DNA from: a virus
Lineage: Duplodnaviria > Caudoviricetes
Virus record (IMG/VR): IMGVR_UViG_3300035501_000922
Length of the DNA stretch: 64,000 bases
Direction: 5' to 3' (one strand)
Below the pieces are notes generated by a model, which was given only the letters and a program-made list of their open reading frames with translations, ran no database searches and had not been told where the DNA came from. Positions within the stretch are counted from its first letter, which is position 1. Each line of letters begins with the position of its first letter. A program made the position numbers and the translations under genes. Positions 10,099 to 19,481 of the stretch are shown here, piece by piece.

Positions 10099-10872
10099 AT
10101 GAATACATTAGAAATCTTGAAAATTGAAAACGGTGTTCTCACCAGATGCCTCGACAAAAACGTTACCGAAATCACAATACCCAAGGGGGTAACGGAAATC
10201 GGTACAAAAGCGTTCTATAACTGTGAACAGCTTGTATCAGTCGATATACCCGAAGGAGTGAAAAAGATCGGTTACAAAGCGTTTCGAAATTGCGATTCGC
10301 TAATAACGGTCGTATTACCCAAGGGGGTAACCGAGATAGGTAAAGATGCATTCATGGCTTGCACGAGCCTTGAATCTGTATCAATACCTGATACTGTTAC
10401 AAAAATCAACAGCTATGCTTTCTGCGCTTGTAAAGCGCTAAAGTCGATTAAAATCCCAAACGGGGTAAAAGAAATCGGCAATAAAGCATTCTGTGATTGC
10501 AATTCAATACTGTCGGTCGAAATACCCGACAGTGTGATTAAAATCGGAAACTATGCGTTCTGCTGGTGCTGTTCACTTGAAAAAGTGGACATTCCTAAAG
10601 GAATAACATCTATAAATTCCGGATTATTCGCAAAGTGTCACTCCCTTCAGTCTGTTACCATCCCCGAATGGATAAAAACGATTTCCATGGGTGCATTTTA
10701 CTATTGCACGTCGCTTACAGAAGTCAGAATTTCTGACGGTGTGAGAGGAATCGTCAGAAACGCTTTCATAGGTTGCGAGTCTCTAACGGAAGTCTCAATA
10801 CCTAAAAGTGTAACGAGACTTGATGAGTGGGCCTTCGACGAGGAGAAGGTCGTACTGCAAAGGGAAGTATGA
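10099..10872 (+). CDS. BspA-type LRR protein 5
   Basis: IENGVLTRC N-cap plus LRR_5 repeats. Confidence 0.92.
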   Translation: MNTLEILKIENGVLTRCLDKNVTEITIPKGVTEIGTKAFYNCEQLVSVDIPEGVKKIGYKAFRNCDSLITVVLPKGVTEIGKDAFMACTSLESVSIPDTVTKINSYAFCACKALKSIKIPNGVKEIGNKAFCDCNSILSVEIPDSVIKIGNYAFCWCCSLEKVDIPKGITSINSGLFAKCHSLQSVTIPEWIKTISMGAFYYCTSLTEVRISDGVRGIVRNAFIGCESLTEVSIPKSVTRLDEWAFDEEKVVLQREV

Positions 10873-10883
10873 AATCAGAGGAG

Positions 10884-10929
10884 TAATAATCAAGTCAGCT
10901 GGTTAAAGACTTTAAAACAGAGAAGGAGT
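10884..10929 (+). repeat. LRR-array leader repeat copy 4
   Basis: TAATAATCAAGTCAGCTGGTTAAAGACTTTAAAACAGAGAAGGAGT. Confidence 0.9.
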
Positions 10930-10933
10930 TATT

Positions 10934-12031
10934 ATGAGCACGAATCTAAAAATCAAAACTATCCTCTATGATTGTCCTAATAAAAAAATAGAGGCAGTAA
11001 CCGTACCGGACGGAGTAACAATAATTGGGGATAAAGCATTCGATGAGTGCTATTATCTTGAGAATGTAAAAATTCCCGACAGTGTAAAATATATCAAGGA
11101 ATATGCATTCAGAGGTTGCTCTGCACTTAGGTCGGTAGGTCTATCCAAAAATATAGAAAAAATCTACCAAGGTGCATTCGAAAACTGTGCAAAGCTTGAA
11201 GGAATCACAATTCCCGACAGTGTAAAACATATCGGGTACTATGCATTCTCAGGCTGCTCTGCACTTAGGTCAGTGGAACTGCCTAAAAATCTAGAAGTAA
11301 TCAACCACAATGTATTTGAAGACTGTACAAATCTTCAAAGAATCACAATTCCCGATAGCGTTACAGAAATCGGTAATTATGCATTCGCAAATTGCGAATT
11401 AGCTTATGGTGTAAGAATTCCCGACAACGTATCATCGATTGGTAATTATTCATTCAGAGGGTGTATTTCACTTGATGATATAAAAATTCCCGACAGTGTA
11501 AAATATATCGGGTGGTCTGCATTCTCAGGTTGCTCTGCACTAAGGTCAGTAGAGCTGCCCAAAAATCTAAAAATAATCCATAGTGCGTTGTTTTGTCGTT
11601 GTACCGCACTTAGGGATATAGAAATTCCGAATAGTGTTAGAGAAATTGAGGATCATGCATTTAATCTCTGTGTTTCACTTGAAGGAATAACAATCCCGAA
11701 TAGTGTTAGGGAAATAGACGATGGTGCATTTTCTTTTTGTCGTTCGTTAAAAAATATTGTACTTCCGAACAGTATTACGGAAATTAAATATGTTACATTC
11801 TGTAGTTGTATATCGCTTGAAGAAATCACAATTCCGGATAGTGTTACGGAAATAGGCCAGGGGGCATTTGTTCATTGTACAGCCTTAAAGTCTGTTACAA
11901 TTCCGAGCAGTGTAACAGCTATAAAAAAGCGTGCGTTTGCAGAATGTGCAATTGAACGAGTGGAAGTTCCACTCAATACGGATGTTGCAGACGACGCATT
12001 CGATGCTGACGTGGAGATAATCAGAGTGTGA
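10934..12031 (+). CDS. BspA-type LRR protein 6
   Basis: About 14 LRR_5 repeats with internal nucleotide-level duplications. Confidence 0.92.
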   Translation: MSTNLKIKTILYDCPNKKIEAVTVPDGVTIIGDKAFDECYYLENVKIPDSVKYIKEYAFRGCSALRSVGLSKNIEKIYQGAFENCAKLEGITIPDSVKHIGYYAFSGCSALRSVELPKNLEVINHNVFEDCTNLQRITIPDSVTEIGNYAFANCELAYGVRIPDNVSSIGNYSFRGCISLDDIKIPDSVKYIGWSAFSGCSALRSVELPKNLKIIHSALFCRCTALRDIEIPNSVREIEDHAFNLCVSLEGITIPNSVREIDDGAFSFCRSLKNIVLPNSITEIKYVTFCSCISLEEITIPDSVTEIGQGAFVHCTALKSVTIPSSVTAIKKRAFAECAIERVEVPLNTDVADDAFDADVEIIRV

Positions 12032-12038
12032 TAATCAA

Positions 12039-12078
12039 AGAAGACTGCGATATGAAAACGCAGTCTTCTTTTTTTTTT
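12039..12078. terminator. Bidirectional intrinsic terminator
   Basis: AGAAGACTGCG/CGCAGTCTTCT between convergent genes. Confidence 0.8.
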
Positions 12079-13951
12079 AGAATTTAATAATATTTGTTAT
12101 TGTGTCAGTTTTTCTATTGACACCATTTTTACTTTTACCTTCTTCAGTGAATCTTGAACCGAATATTTCAAGTACAGGTTTAAACGGTGCAATGATATTA
12201 TTAATCATTGTTGAATAGTCAATATACGGTTGTGTCCACTCAGGAATTGTAGCATTACTCGGTATTGCTAATACCTGTAATCCTCTTTTTTTATAAGTCC
12301 ATTGACCTTGTATTTGGTCTTTATACTTTTCACGGTCTTCACCAAGAGCAACATCCACAAAACTATTCCATGCTTCAGGCCCAAGTTTTTTATACTTAGA
12401 TTTATATTTTTTTGGTAAATCCTCATACCAATCTTTCTTTTTTGGATTTACATAATCTATACCGTTATCTTTAGTCTTAGTGACAAAGATTCCAGTAGTA
12501 TCATTAAAAATCTTCTCAATGATCGTATCATAAATATCAGGATGAGTTCTTTCTAAATCAGCCATATCTTCCTCAGTAAAAATATTCATCTTTACTAAAC
12601 TTACCTTTGACGGGAAATCAATAGCATTATCAGGATATAGAATATTCCATGCTAGAGCACCACGAACACTTTGCTCAGAAGCTGGGTCTTTATATGCACC
12701 AAGTTCTTTAGCACTTCCATTAGGTAAAAACGTTCTTTCACCTCTTTGTATTGATTTTCTGATTTCTTCTTTGAACTCTCTGATTCCTTTTATCATTTCT
12801 TTCAACTCAACAGTTTCTGAGTTAAGTATATGATTCTTAATTAACTTCATGAATACTTCTTCAGCATATTCTGAAGTTGTAGCTTTTTTAAAGTCAAATC
12901 CTTTAATATCAGCTTTTGGTGGAGAAAGTAAATTACCCTCTCTCAGTTTCTGTTTTGAAATATATCTTTTCTTTGCTTTACCTATAACCAATAGAGTATT
13001 AAAGAACTCATTTTTCATATTAAAACGAGGTCTATACTCTTCAGGAATATTTGAATACTTTCCATAATGAATAAGCATATCATAAATAGCATTAGTTATT
13101 GTATACGTAATAGTATTTACAACAACGAATCCATTATGCTCAAAGTCTCTTCCATATGTGTTATCTCCTACAACATCATCAAATATATAATTGATTAATG
13201 TATCAAGAGATAAGAAGTTTGAGTCAGTGTCTATAACTGTGACAACACGACGCTTAAAATTTTTTAATCTATATATTCTATCAACCGATAGATACTTTAC
13301 ATAACAATACTTCATCAAATAATCAGAGAGGACTCCTAATGTTCCTTCAATTTTTTTAGGTGGGTCATTAGGGTCCATGAAGTACTGCTTATTTACAAAC
13401 TTATTCCAGTCTTTTGCTGTTTTATTTGAAAAATCATACCTATATTCATTAGGAATTTTTTGTAACCACTTATCATCTTTAGTATCAGCATACTCAAGAT
13501 TCTCAACGTTTTCAAATATAGTTTCAAATAAAGATTTAATAAAATCGTGGTCATGAATAAATTCAATCATATTATTTTTATAATATAACCGAGTAATTTC
13601 TTCTTCACTTAATGAGAGCAAATAATTGTATAGTATTTCTTCATCATTATCTTGAGGTTGTAGTATTTTATTAATTAATCTATCAACCAAATCATTTATA
13701 GATTTCACTTGAACAAAATCGTCTATTATAATATCTTCTTTTAAAACGACATTAATCCATTCGATAAGTTCTGTTAAATCTAAGTATATATAGTTATCAG
13801 CAAGAAACGATTCAAACATTGTTTCTGCTGTAGAAATTACTGATTGAGCAGTAAGTGTTGTGGCAGGACCACTCCATTTAGAATAAAATGCTGAAGATGG
13901 TGCACCACTCGATCCATAATATGAATTCATATTTATCTTTTCGTTAGCTTG
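12077..13951 (-). CDS. Family B DNA polymerase, polymerase-domain subunit, exon 2
   Basis: QANEKINMNSYYG (motif B), IDTDS (motif C), KKRY, IKGFD. Confidence 0.88.
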   Translation of the reverse strand, partial: QANEKINMNSYYGSSGAPSSAFYSKWSGPATTLTAQSVISTAETMFESFLADNYIYLDLTELIEWINVVLKEDIIIDDFVQVKSINDLVDRLINKILQPQDNDEEILYNYLLSLSEEEITRLYYKNNMIEFIHDHDFIKSLFETIFENVENLEYADTKDDKWLQKIPNEYRYDFSNKTAKDWNKFVNKQYFMDPNDPPKKIEGTLGVLSDYLMKYCYVKYLSVDRIYRLKNFKRRVVTVIDTDSNFLSLDTLINYIFDDVVGDNTYGRDFEHNGFVVVNTITYTITNAIYDMLIHYGKYSNIPEEYRPRFNMKNEFFNTLLVIGKAKKRYISKQKLREGNLLSPPKADIKGFDFKKATTSEYAEEVFMKLIKNHILNSETVELKEMIKGIREFKEEIRKSIQRGERTFLPNGSAKELGAYKDPASEQSVRGALAWNILYPDNAIDFPSKVSLVKMNIFTEEDMADLERTHPDIYDTIIEKIFNDTTGIFVTKTKDNGIDYVNPKKKDWYEDLPKKYKSKYKKLGPEAWNSFVDVALGEDREKYKDQIQGQWTYKKRGLQVLAIPSNATIPEWTQPYIDYSTMINNIIAPFKPVLEIFGSRFTEEGKSKNGVNRKTDTITNIIKF

Positions 13952-15176
13952 CAAAATTAAAAATTATACTTTTTAGAAATTTCTACCCATGATGCTTTAT
14001 ATTTTATATTATATATTTTTGATGCTGGTATGTCCAGTTGTTTGGATATAACTGATACTTTAATGCCTTTCTCTAGCATAGTACATATATCTTCTGCTAA
14101 TTTAGAATCTATATGCCTTATTATATGAAAGTCATATTCACATGATATATCTGTCCAGTTTAATCCACTTCGAATATTACGAACCGTTGGTTTAGGTACA
14201 CTGAGTAATTCAGAAACTTCACTAATATTATATCCAAGCTCTAAATATTCACATATGTTTCGAGCCATCTCAATATCAATATTTTTTTTTGTTGAAAATG
14301 TATAATTACATGAAATAGATTTCCAACACGTTCGATTTTTTATATTCTGGACTGTTGTTACAGGTATATCAAGTTTACTGGCTATATCTTTAACTCGTTC
14401 ACCATCCTCAAGCATTTGACATATTCTCTCAACGGTTTCATTGGTATTTTTAGCTACAGGGCATTCCTCACCAACTCTTCGTAAACCTGTTTTTATAGCA
14501 TGAGAATTATTATGATAAGCAGTACACCATTCCAAATTTGTAACACTGGGATTTAATTTGTTGCCATCAATATGATTAACCATAGGAAAGTTGTGTTTGT
14601 TATCAAGAAACGTACTTGCAACTATTCGATGAAGACTAAAAGTTCTGGTTTTTTTAATACCATTTCGTTCACCATATAAACCAACTGAATAATACCCCGT
14701 ACTATTAATCCAACAAGGAACATTTTTCTTTAATTTATGGTCATAAATAATTCCATTTTCGAAGACTTCATAACGTTTTTTCTGTATACATGGGTAGTTT
14801 ACATATTTACTTTTCATTTCATATTTTTCCTTTCATTTTTTAATGAAAAGTTAAAGTATAATTTTTTAATTTAGACTATATCTTCGATGCATATTCTGTC
14901 ACCAAATATACATCGCCTTCCGTTTCGGATTTAGAAAAATCCTACTCTACTCACTTCTTCACTTAAGTATTTCTCTTAAGCTATGCTTTCGATAGTCGTT
15001 GAACTCACATCCATAAAGGATGCTTCGTTGCGTCGATTACTACATTAATAACCTTTTTACTATACCTTTGGAGTTACCCATTGCCACTATTATATTACTA
15101 TAATAATTTAGTAGTTATTAATTACGTAGTGTTCCCGCAATTAGAAAGGTTACGTAGCCAAGCTTTAACTAAGTTA
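13952..15176 (-). mobile_element. Group I intron in DNA polymerase carrying an HNH endonuclease in P9
   Basis: P1 CGUAGU/GCUACG; AATTGCGGGAAC, GTTCAACGACTA, AAGATATAGTC; terminal G; splicing restores DRS|QANEKINMNSYYG. Confidence 0.9.
13957..14817 (-). CDS. Intron-encoded HNH homing endonuclease with C-terminal HTH repeats
   Basis: LHRIVA...VNHIDGNKLNPSVTNLEWCT...NNSHA; three HTH-like repeats. Confidence 0.9.
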   Translation of the reverse strand: MKSKYVNYPCIQKKRYEVFENGIIYDHKLKKNVPCWINSTGYYSVGLYGERNGIKKTRTFSLHRIVASTFLDNKHNFPMVNHIDGNKLNPSVTNLEWCTAYHNNSHAIKTGLRRVGEECPVAKNTNETVERICQMLEDGERVKDIASKLDIPVTTVQNIKNRTCWKSISCNYTFSTKKNIDIEMARNICEYLELGYNISEVSELLSVPKPTVRNIRSGLNWTDISCEYDFHIIRHIDSKLAEDICTMLEKGIKVSVISKQLDIPASKIYNIKYKASWVEISKKYNF

Positions 15177-15593
15177 ACTACGGTCTAGGTCTTGGTATTC
15201 GTAACTATCAAAACCTAATGTTTCTCCTACACTAAACATTTGTTTTTTATATGCTTTACGACTAGCAGCCCATTTATCAAGCATTAACGAAATTGGGTTT
15301 AATGCTTCATCTTGAGTTTTATAAAATGTGCCATTACCTGCAATAAGAGGCTTTCTTTCAAGAGCCCAGTCAAAAACACTTATTAGTGTAGTTTCTCTAT
15401 TTTCACCAGTGTAGTTATTATCTAATTCTACACGTGGATTCATTGTTTGTTCTTTTATCATTTTAAGAACTATTTTTTCCACTTTATCTTTGTCCCAATC
15501 GGGATTTAACCGACACATTATGTTTACCATCCGTTTTTTATACTTATTGATAAACTTACTATCGGCATTAATATGAGTATTCATAAAACTCAT
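15177..15593 (-). CDS. Family B DNA polymerase subunit, exon 1
   Basis: IAGNGTFY...RKAYKK...DLDRS joins exon 2 in frame. Confidence 0.85.
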
Positions 15594-15695
15594 TCCTTTC
15601 TTAAAAAGTTTAAGGTTATGTCATTTCATTAATCATTTTTAATATTTCTACGAAATACATTTATATAATGGAATTTCTATTTAATTTATTTAAAA

Positions 15696-15707
15696 AACAA
15701 GATAATA
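15696..15707 (+). promoter_or_regulatory. Late-type promoter AACA-N6-TA
   Basis: AACAAGATAATA. Confidence 0.65.
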
Positions 15708-15738
15708 AAATATTTTATATGAAAGGAATGAATTCAAT

Positions 15739-16668
15739 ATGAGTAAATTTAGTGATCTCATGAATAAGCCCCTGCCTTCTGCTTTAGACAGAGCTTTTCA
15801 GGAATTTCTTGAAGCTGGGGAAGAAGATGAGGAAGATAAGGATGTAGATGCTCAGGAAGAACCCGATACTGAGGAATGTGGCGATTCTGGTGTTTGTGAT
15901 GAACACTATGATGAAGACGACCCTGAGCACAGGGCATACCATTCTATTCACGATGACAATGGTGATGGTATTGAAGATGACGATGAACATCTCAAGTACC
16001 ATCATTCAGATGATGATATTGACGATATCGACAGCGACCTGAATTCGATTGCAAGTGATGTTGACGACGATGAGGATGATATTGATGACTTATCGGACGC
16101 TGAACTGAGTGCACTTGATGCTGAATTATCTGGTTCACAGGTTGATAATGTTGCACTTGATGGAAGTGAGCATCAGGTTAGCTTAAGCCCTGACGAGCAG
16201 CAGGAAGCTGATGACATGATGGGCGTTGCTGCAACAACGATTCTTATTAACGATGAAATGAACGGTGCTGAAAAGACCAAGTTTATTGAGTCTGTATCAG
16301 ATGTTCAGGCTGCAGTAAACGAAGGGCTTCTTTTAGAGTCTGATGTTAACGAGCTTGCTACAACCCTTGGTCTTATTACAGAAGCTAATAACTATAACAA
16401 GAAGATGATTATCAGACTTGATAAGGAAGCAAAGAAGAAGCAGCTTTATGCAGTTGCTATTAATGTTTCCGCTGCAGCGCATCATGACCCTGATTATGTT
16501 AAGCTGAAGAAGATTAACAGAATGAGAAAGGTTCTTAGAGCTAAGCTCAGAAAGAAGTATCATGCTGAAGCAGTTAAGAGAATGAAGGTTTACTTCAAGA
16601 GACTTACATCTTCTAAGTCATCTCCTCTTGCAGCAATTGGAAAGAAACTTGAAAAAGATACAAAGTAA
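15739..16668 (+). CDS. Putative virion core protein (acidic pro-region, basic C-domain)
   Basis: Late promoter; D/E-rich N-terminus, LITE|A site, K/R-rich C-terminus. Confidence 0.6.
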   Translation: MSKFSDLMNKPLPSALDRAFQEFLEAGEEDEEDKDVDAQEEPDTEECGDSGVCDEHYDEDDPEHRAYHSIHDDNGDGIEDDDEHLKYHHSDDDIDDIDSDLNSIASDVDDDEDDIDDLSDAELSALDAELSGSQVDNVALDGSEHQVSLSPDEQQEADDMMGVAATTILINDEMNGAEKTKFIESVSDVQAAVNEGLLLESDVNELATTLGLITEANNYNKKMIIRLDKEAKKKQLYAVAINVSAAAHHDPDYVKLKKINRMRKVLRAKLRKKYHAEAVKRMKVYFKRLTSSKSSPLAAIGKKLEKDTK

Positions 16669-16775
16669 AAATAAAGTAGAGATAAGCAATAAGCTTATCT
16701 CTACTTTTTATGTATTATAAAAAATAATAATTATACATCATCTTAGTGTAATAAAATTGAAAGGAGGTTGATTTG

Positions 16776-16958
16776 ATGAGAAACAACCAAGAAATCATCG
16801 ACCAAATTAAGATGATGTTTGACGCTGGGATAACGTCAGGAAATAGCCGTATGGCTACTTCCCAACGCCCAGTTAGTAGTAATGATGCTCTTGAGAGACT
16901 GCTCAAAGAATTTCAAGAGCTCATGAAAGAACCTAACATCACAAATATGACAATATGA
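16776..16958 (+). CDS. Small hypothetical early protein
   Basis: AAGGAGG RBS, early-like motif at about 16730. Confidence 0.6.
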   Translation: MRNNQEIIDQIKMMFDAGITSGNSRMATSQRPVSSNDALERLLKEFQELMKEPNITNMTI

Positions 16959-16998
16959 TGTTATATTAGTGTTGGGTATAATAAAAATTTAGAAAGAG

Positions 16999-17322
16999 AT
17001 GATTAAAATATTTAAAAGCAACGAATACATACTGGAATTCTGCGAATTAAATCGCAGACTTTTGAATCTGTTCATACAGGAAATGGAATCTGACCCTACA
17101 GCACTTGCAGAATCCGGTTTTAAAGAAATTCCGTTAATATACTCAGATTCAAATACATTCATAAACACATTTGATATTTTTCATTGCCATGGTATTATCA
17201 TTGATAATATGGAAATTGGTTATCGTTTTTGTGTTGATGAACTGGGTAACGAAAGCAGATTGTACGGAGAACTAATTAAAGAGAAAAAGAATCTTGATAT
17301 GATTCTTTCTCATTGTATTTAA
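16999..17322 (+). CDS. Hypothetical protein
   Basis: 107-aa ORF followed by terminator. Confidence 0.65.
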   Translation: MIKIFKSNEYILEFCELNRRLLNLFIQEMESDPTALAESGFKEIPLIYSDSNTFINTFDIFHCHGIIIDNMEIGYRFCVDELGNESRLYGELIKEKKNLDMILSHCI

Positions 17323-17360
17323 GAAAAGAGAACGGCGAAATAAACCGTTCTCTTTTTTTT
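17323..17360. terminator. Bidirectional intrinsic terminator
   Basis: AAAAGAGAACGG/CCGTTCTCTTTT between convergent genes. Confidence 0.8.
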
Positions 17361-17361
17361 A

Positions 17362-18567
17362 TTATTTTTTTATATTTATTGCATCATTCACAACTGTTTG
17401 AATTATATACATAATGATTGGAGTAATAAAGAATACCTCAAGACTATTATTTAAGTCAAGTAATTCTTCGTTTAAATCTAATGGTATATCATTAATACTC
17501 ATGTTTTTATCTCTTACAAACTTTTGGATTAACTCAGCATGTTTAGATTGTGTAAACCCGTTAGTTTTAATTGACATTACAAACTCATCAGAGAATATAT
17601 CAAATGTTTCAGATGGTATAACTGATGGTATGTCTAATACCTGTACAGTTGTATCTGCCCATCTGTAGAATGATGTTTCATGATATGCTGAACCCTGAAA
17701 ATATGTGAATTTAAAATTATGCACACGGCTATAGTCACGTCTTTCAATGAACCTATATACCGATTTCTCATACTTTAATCTATGAGTCTTATCTTCAAGT
17801 TGATTTGTGAATAACACTGTTTTTAGATTATTTTTTCTGTTAAACAACGAGTGCTTATTTGCAAACTCATTCATGTACGGATCATACAAACGAGTACCAG
17901 CACCAAGGTCACCAATTAAGCAATTATGTCTTTCATCATAGAATAATGTCATATATGTATTAGCCATATCACTATACATTTCTTCTATGACTTTAATTTT
18001 TGTCATTGTATCAGTTTCAATGATACACTTATTTTCGGTTCCTATATTATCAAGAATACATGTATATGATTCATTAGCCTGTTTTTCAATAGCGTCAACT
18101 TTCTCTTGCTCTAAGTATTCAAGCTGGAAATTTACCTTATAAAAATTATCAGGCATTATGTTATCATATGAGATTTCTGTAATTCTGAATAAATATACAT
18201 CATGAAGATATGGAATCATAAAGAAATCATTTTCAAGAGGCTTGATAGTATTAGGCAGTATTATTGCATCATTAGAATACTCAGTGTCAAGTCCTTGGTC
18301 TTGGTCTTGAAGCTGTAATACAATCTGCTCAATTCCATACATGGGGAAATTCTCAATTTTTTTAAACTTAATAGGAGAACGAAAACCTACAATAGATGCT
18401 ACATCCTTATATCCAGCATCAGTTGTAGTCTCATCAGCATTTATATGATAATATGTTACAAACGTTGGTGTTGTATCTAAAAATCTTGCCATTGGTGATT
18501 TTAGTTTTTCTTCATATTGAAAGATATTACTTTCAACCATTTTCTTTTCATTTACAAAAATCGCCAT
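17362..18567 (-). CDS. Putative virion structural protein
   Basis: 401 aa; AACA-N6-TA at 18599-18610. Confidence 0.6.
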   Translation of the reverse strand: MAIFVNEKKMVESNIFQYEEKLKSPMARFLDTTPTFVTYYHINADETTTDAGYKDVASIVGFRSPIKFKKIENFPMYGIEQIVLQLQDQDQGLDTEYSNDAIILPNTIKPLENDFFMIPYLHDVYLFRITEISYDNIMPDNFYKVNFQLEYLEQEKVDAIEKQANESYTCILDNIGTENKCIIETDTMTKIKVIEEMYSDMANTYMTLFYDERHNCLIGDLGAGTRLYDPYMNEFANKHSLFNRKNNLKTVLFTNQLEDKTHRLKYEKSVYRFIERRDYSRVHNFKFTYFQGSAYHETSFYRWADTTVQVLDIPSVIPSETFDIFSDEFVMSIKTNGFTQSKHAELIQKFVRDKNMSINDIPLDLNEELLDLNNSLEVFFITPIIMYIIQTVVNDAINIKK

Positions 18568-18686
18568 TAAAAATCACATCCTTTAGTGGTATTTCTATTA
18601 AAACTATGTTTTTTCATATATTTATACATTATTTTTTCGTATCTTGATGCTTACAATTTAAATAAACTAGAAAGGGTGTGATAACC

Positions 18687-18977
18687 ATGGGCAAGAAAAA
18701 AAAGAAGAAAAACGATAATAAGCATTATGTTCAAGGATATGACCAAAAGGTACTTGACCGTATTGCTGATTCATTGGAAGAGTATATAAACCTTTTTGAC
18801 CAATTCATTATTCGTGATGGAACTGATGAGAAGGAATATAAAAAAGCCATGAAAATTATTCGTAAAGCAATTAAGAATTTACGAGAAGGAAACGGTGACG
18901 AAGTCTTTGATTCTGAAAGATATCAAGAGATGATGGAACGGATGGAAAATAACGTGGGGTATAGAGATGAATGTTGA
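18687..18977 (+). CDS. Hypothetical early protein with poly-Lys N-terminus
   Basis: RBS; early motif 18621-18632. Confidence 0.7.
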   Translation: MGKKKKKKNDNKHYVQGYDQKVLDRIADSLEEYINLFDQFIIRDGTDEKEYKKAMKIIRKAIKNLREGNGDEVFDSERYQEMMERMENNVGYRDEC

Positions 18978-19458
18978 TTTGTATTATTTAAAATCTAACA
19001 ATCAGCTTTATGCCTTTACAACCGATAAAACATACAGTCTCCAATTTCGTTCACAGCGAAACAAAGCACTCTTTATTCATAAGAGAGTCAAAATACCAAA
19101 ATGTGAGTATCATAATTTTGAATCAGATAATTACCATAGTAAATTGGATAGAATCCTTTTATATGATGGAAAACATGATTTTGAAATTATTGGTACAATC
19201 GAAGAAGACAGTAAACTTGATTCAGTTTGTACAAAAATACATGACAAATTGGATTACTATCATCATTACTTTTCAAGTAAACTTAATAATGAATACTTGA
19301 ATGTAATTAATGATGCTACAAAACTAATAAAAGAAAGCGATAAAGCTTGTAACTCATATCTTGAAATAAATACGTTTGATTTATTCTGTTACTTATTCAG
19401 ATTCACTTTTATTTCTAATGATTATGAAATTGCAAATGCTTATATCGATTCTTTATAA
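18967..19458 (+). CDS. Hypothetical protein
   Basis: 163-aa ORF in operon. Confidence 0.7.
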   Translation: MNVDLYYLKSNNQLYAFTTDKTYSLQFRSQRNKALFIHKRVKIPKCEYHNFESDNYHSKLDRILLYDGKHDFEIIGTIEEDSKLDSVCTKIHDKLDYYHHYFSSKLNNEYLNVINDATKLIKESDKACNSYLEINTFDLFCYLFRFTFISNDYEIANAYIDSL

Positions 19459-19481
19459 ATTATTGAAAGGAAGAATTAAAA

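Noticed and set aside
8821-10929. Leader repeats as a CRISPR array
   Set aside because: The intervening sequences are 0.5-0.8 kb genes, the repeat includes the RBS, and no cas genes are present
7515-12031. Diversity-generating retroelement acting on the LRR genes
   Set aside because: No reverse transcriptase and no template/variable repeat pair with adenine-specific differences seen in the window
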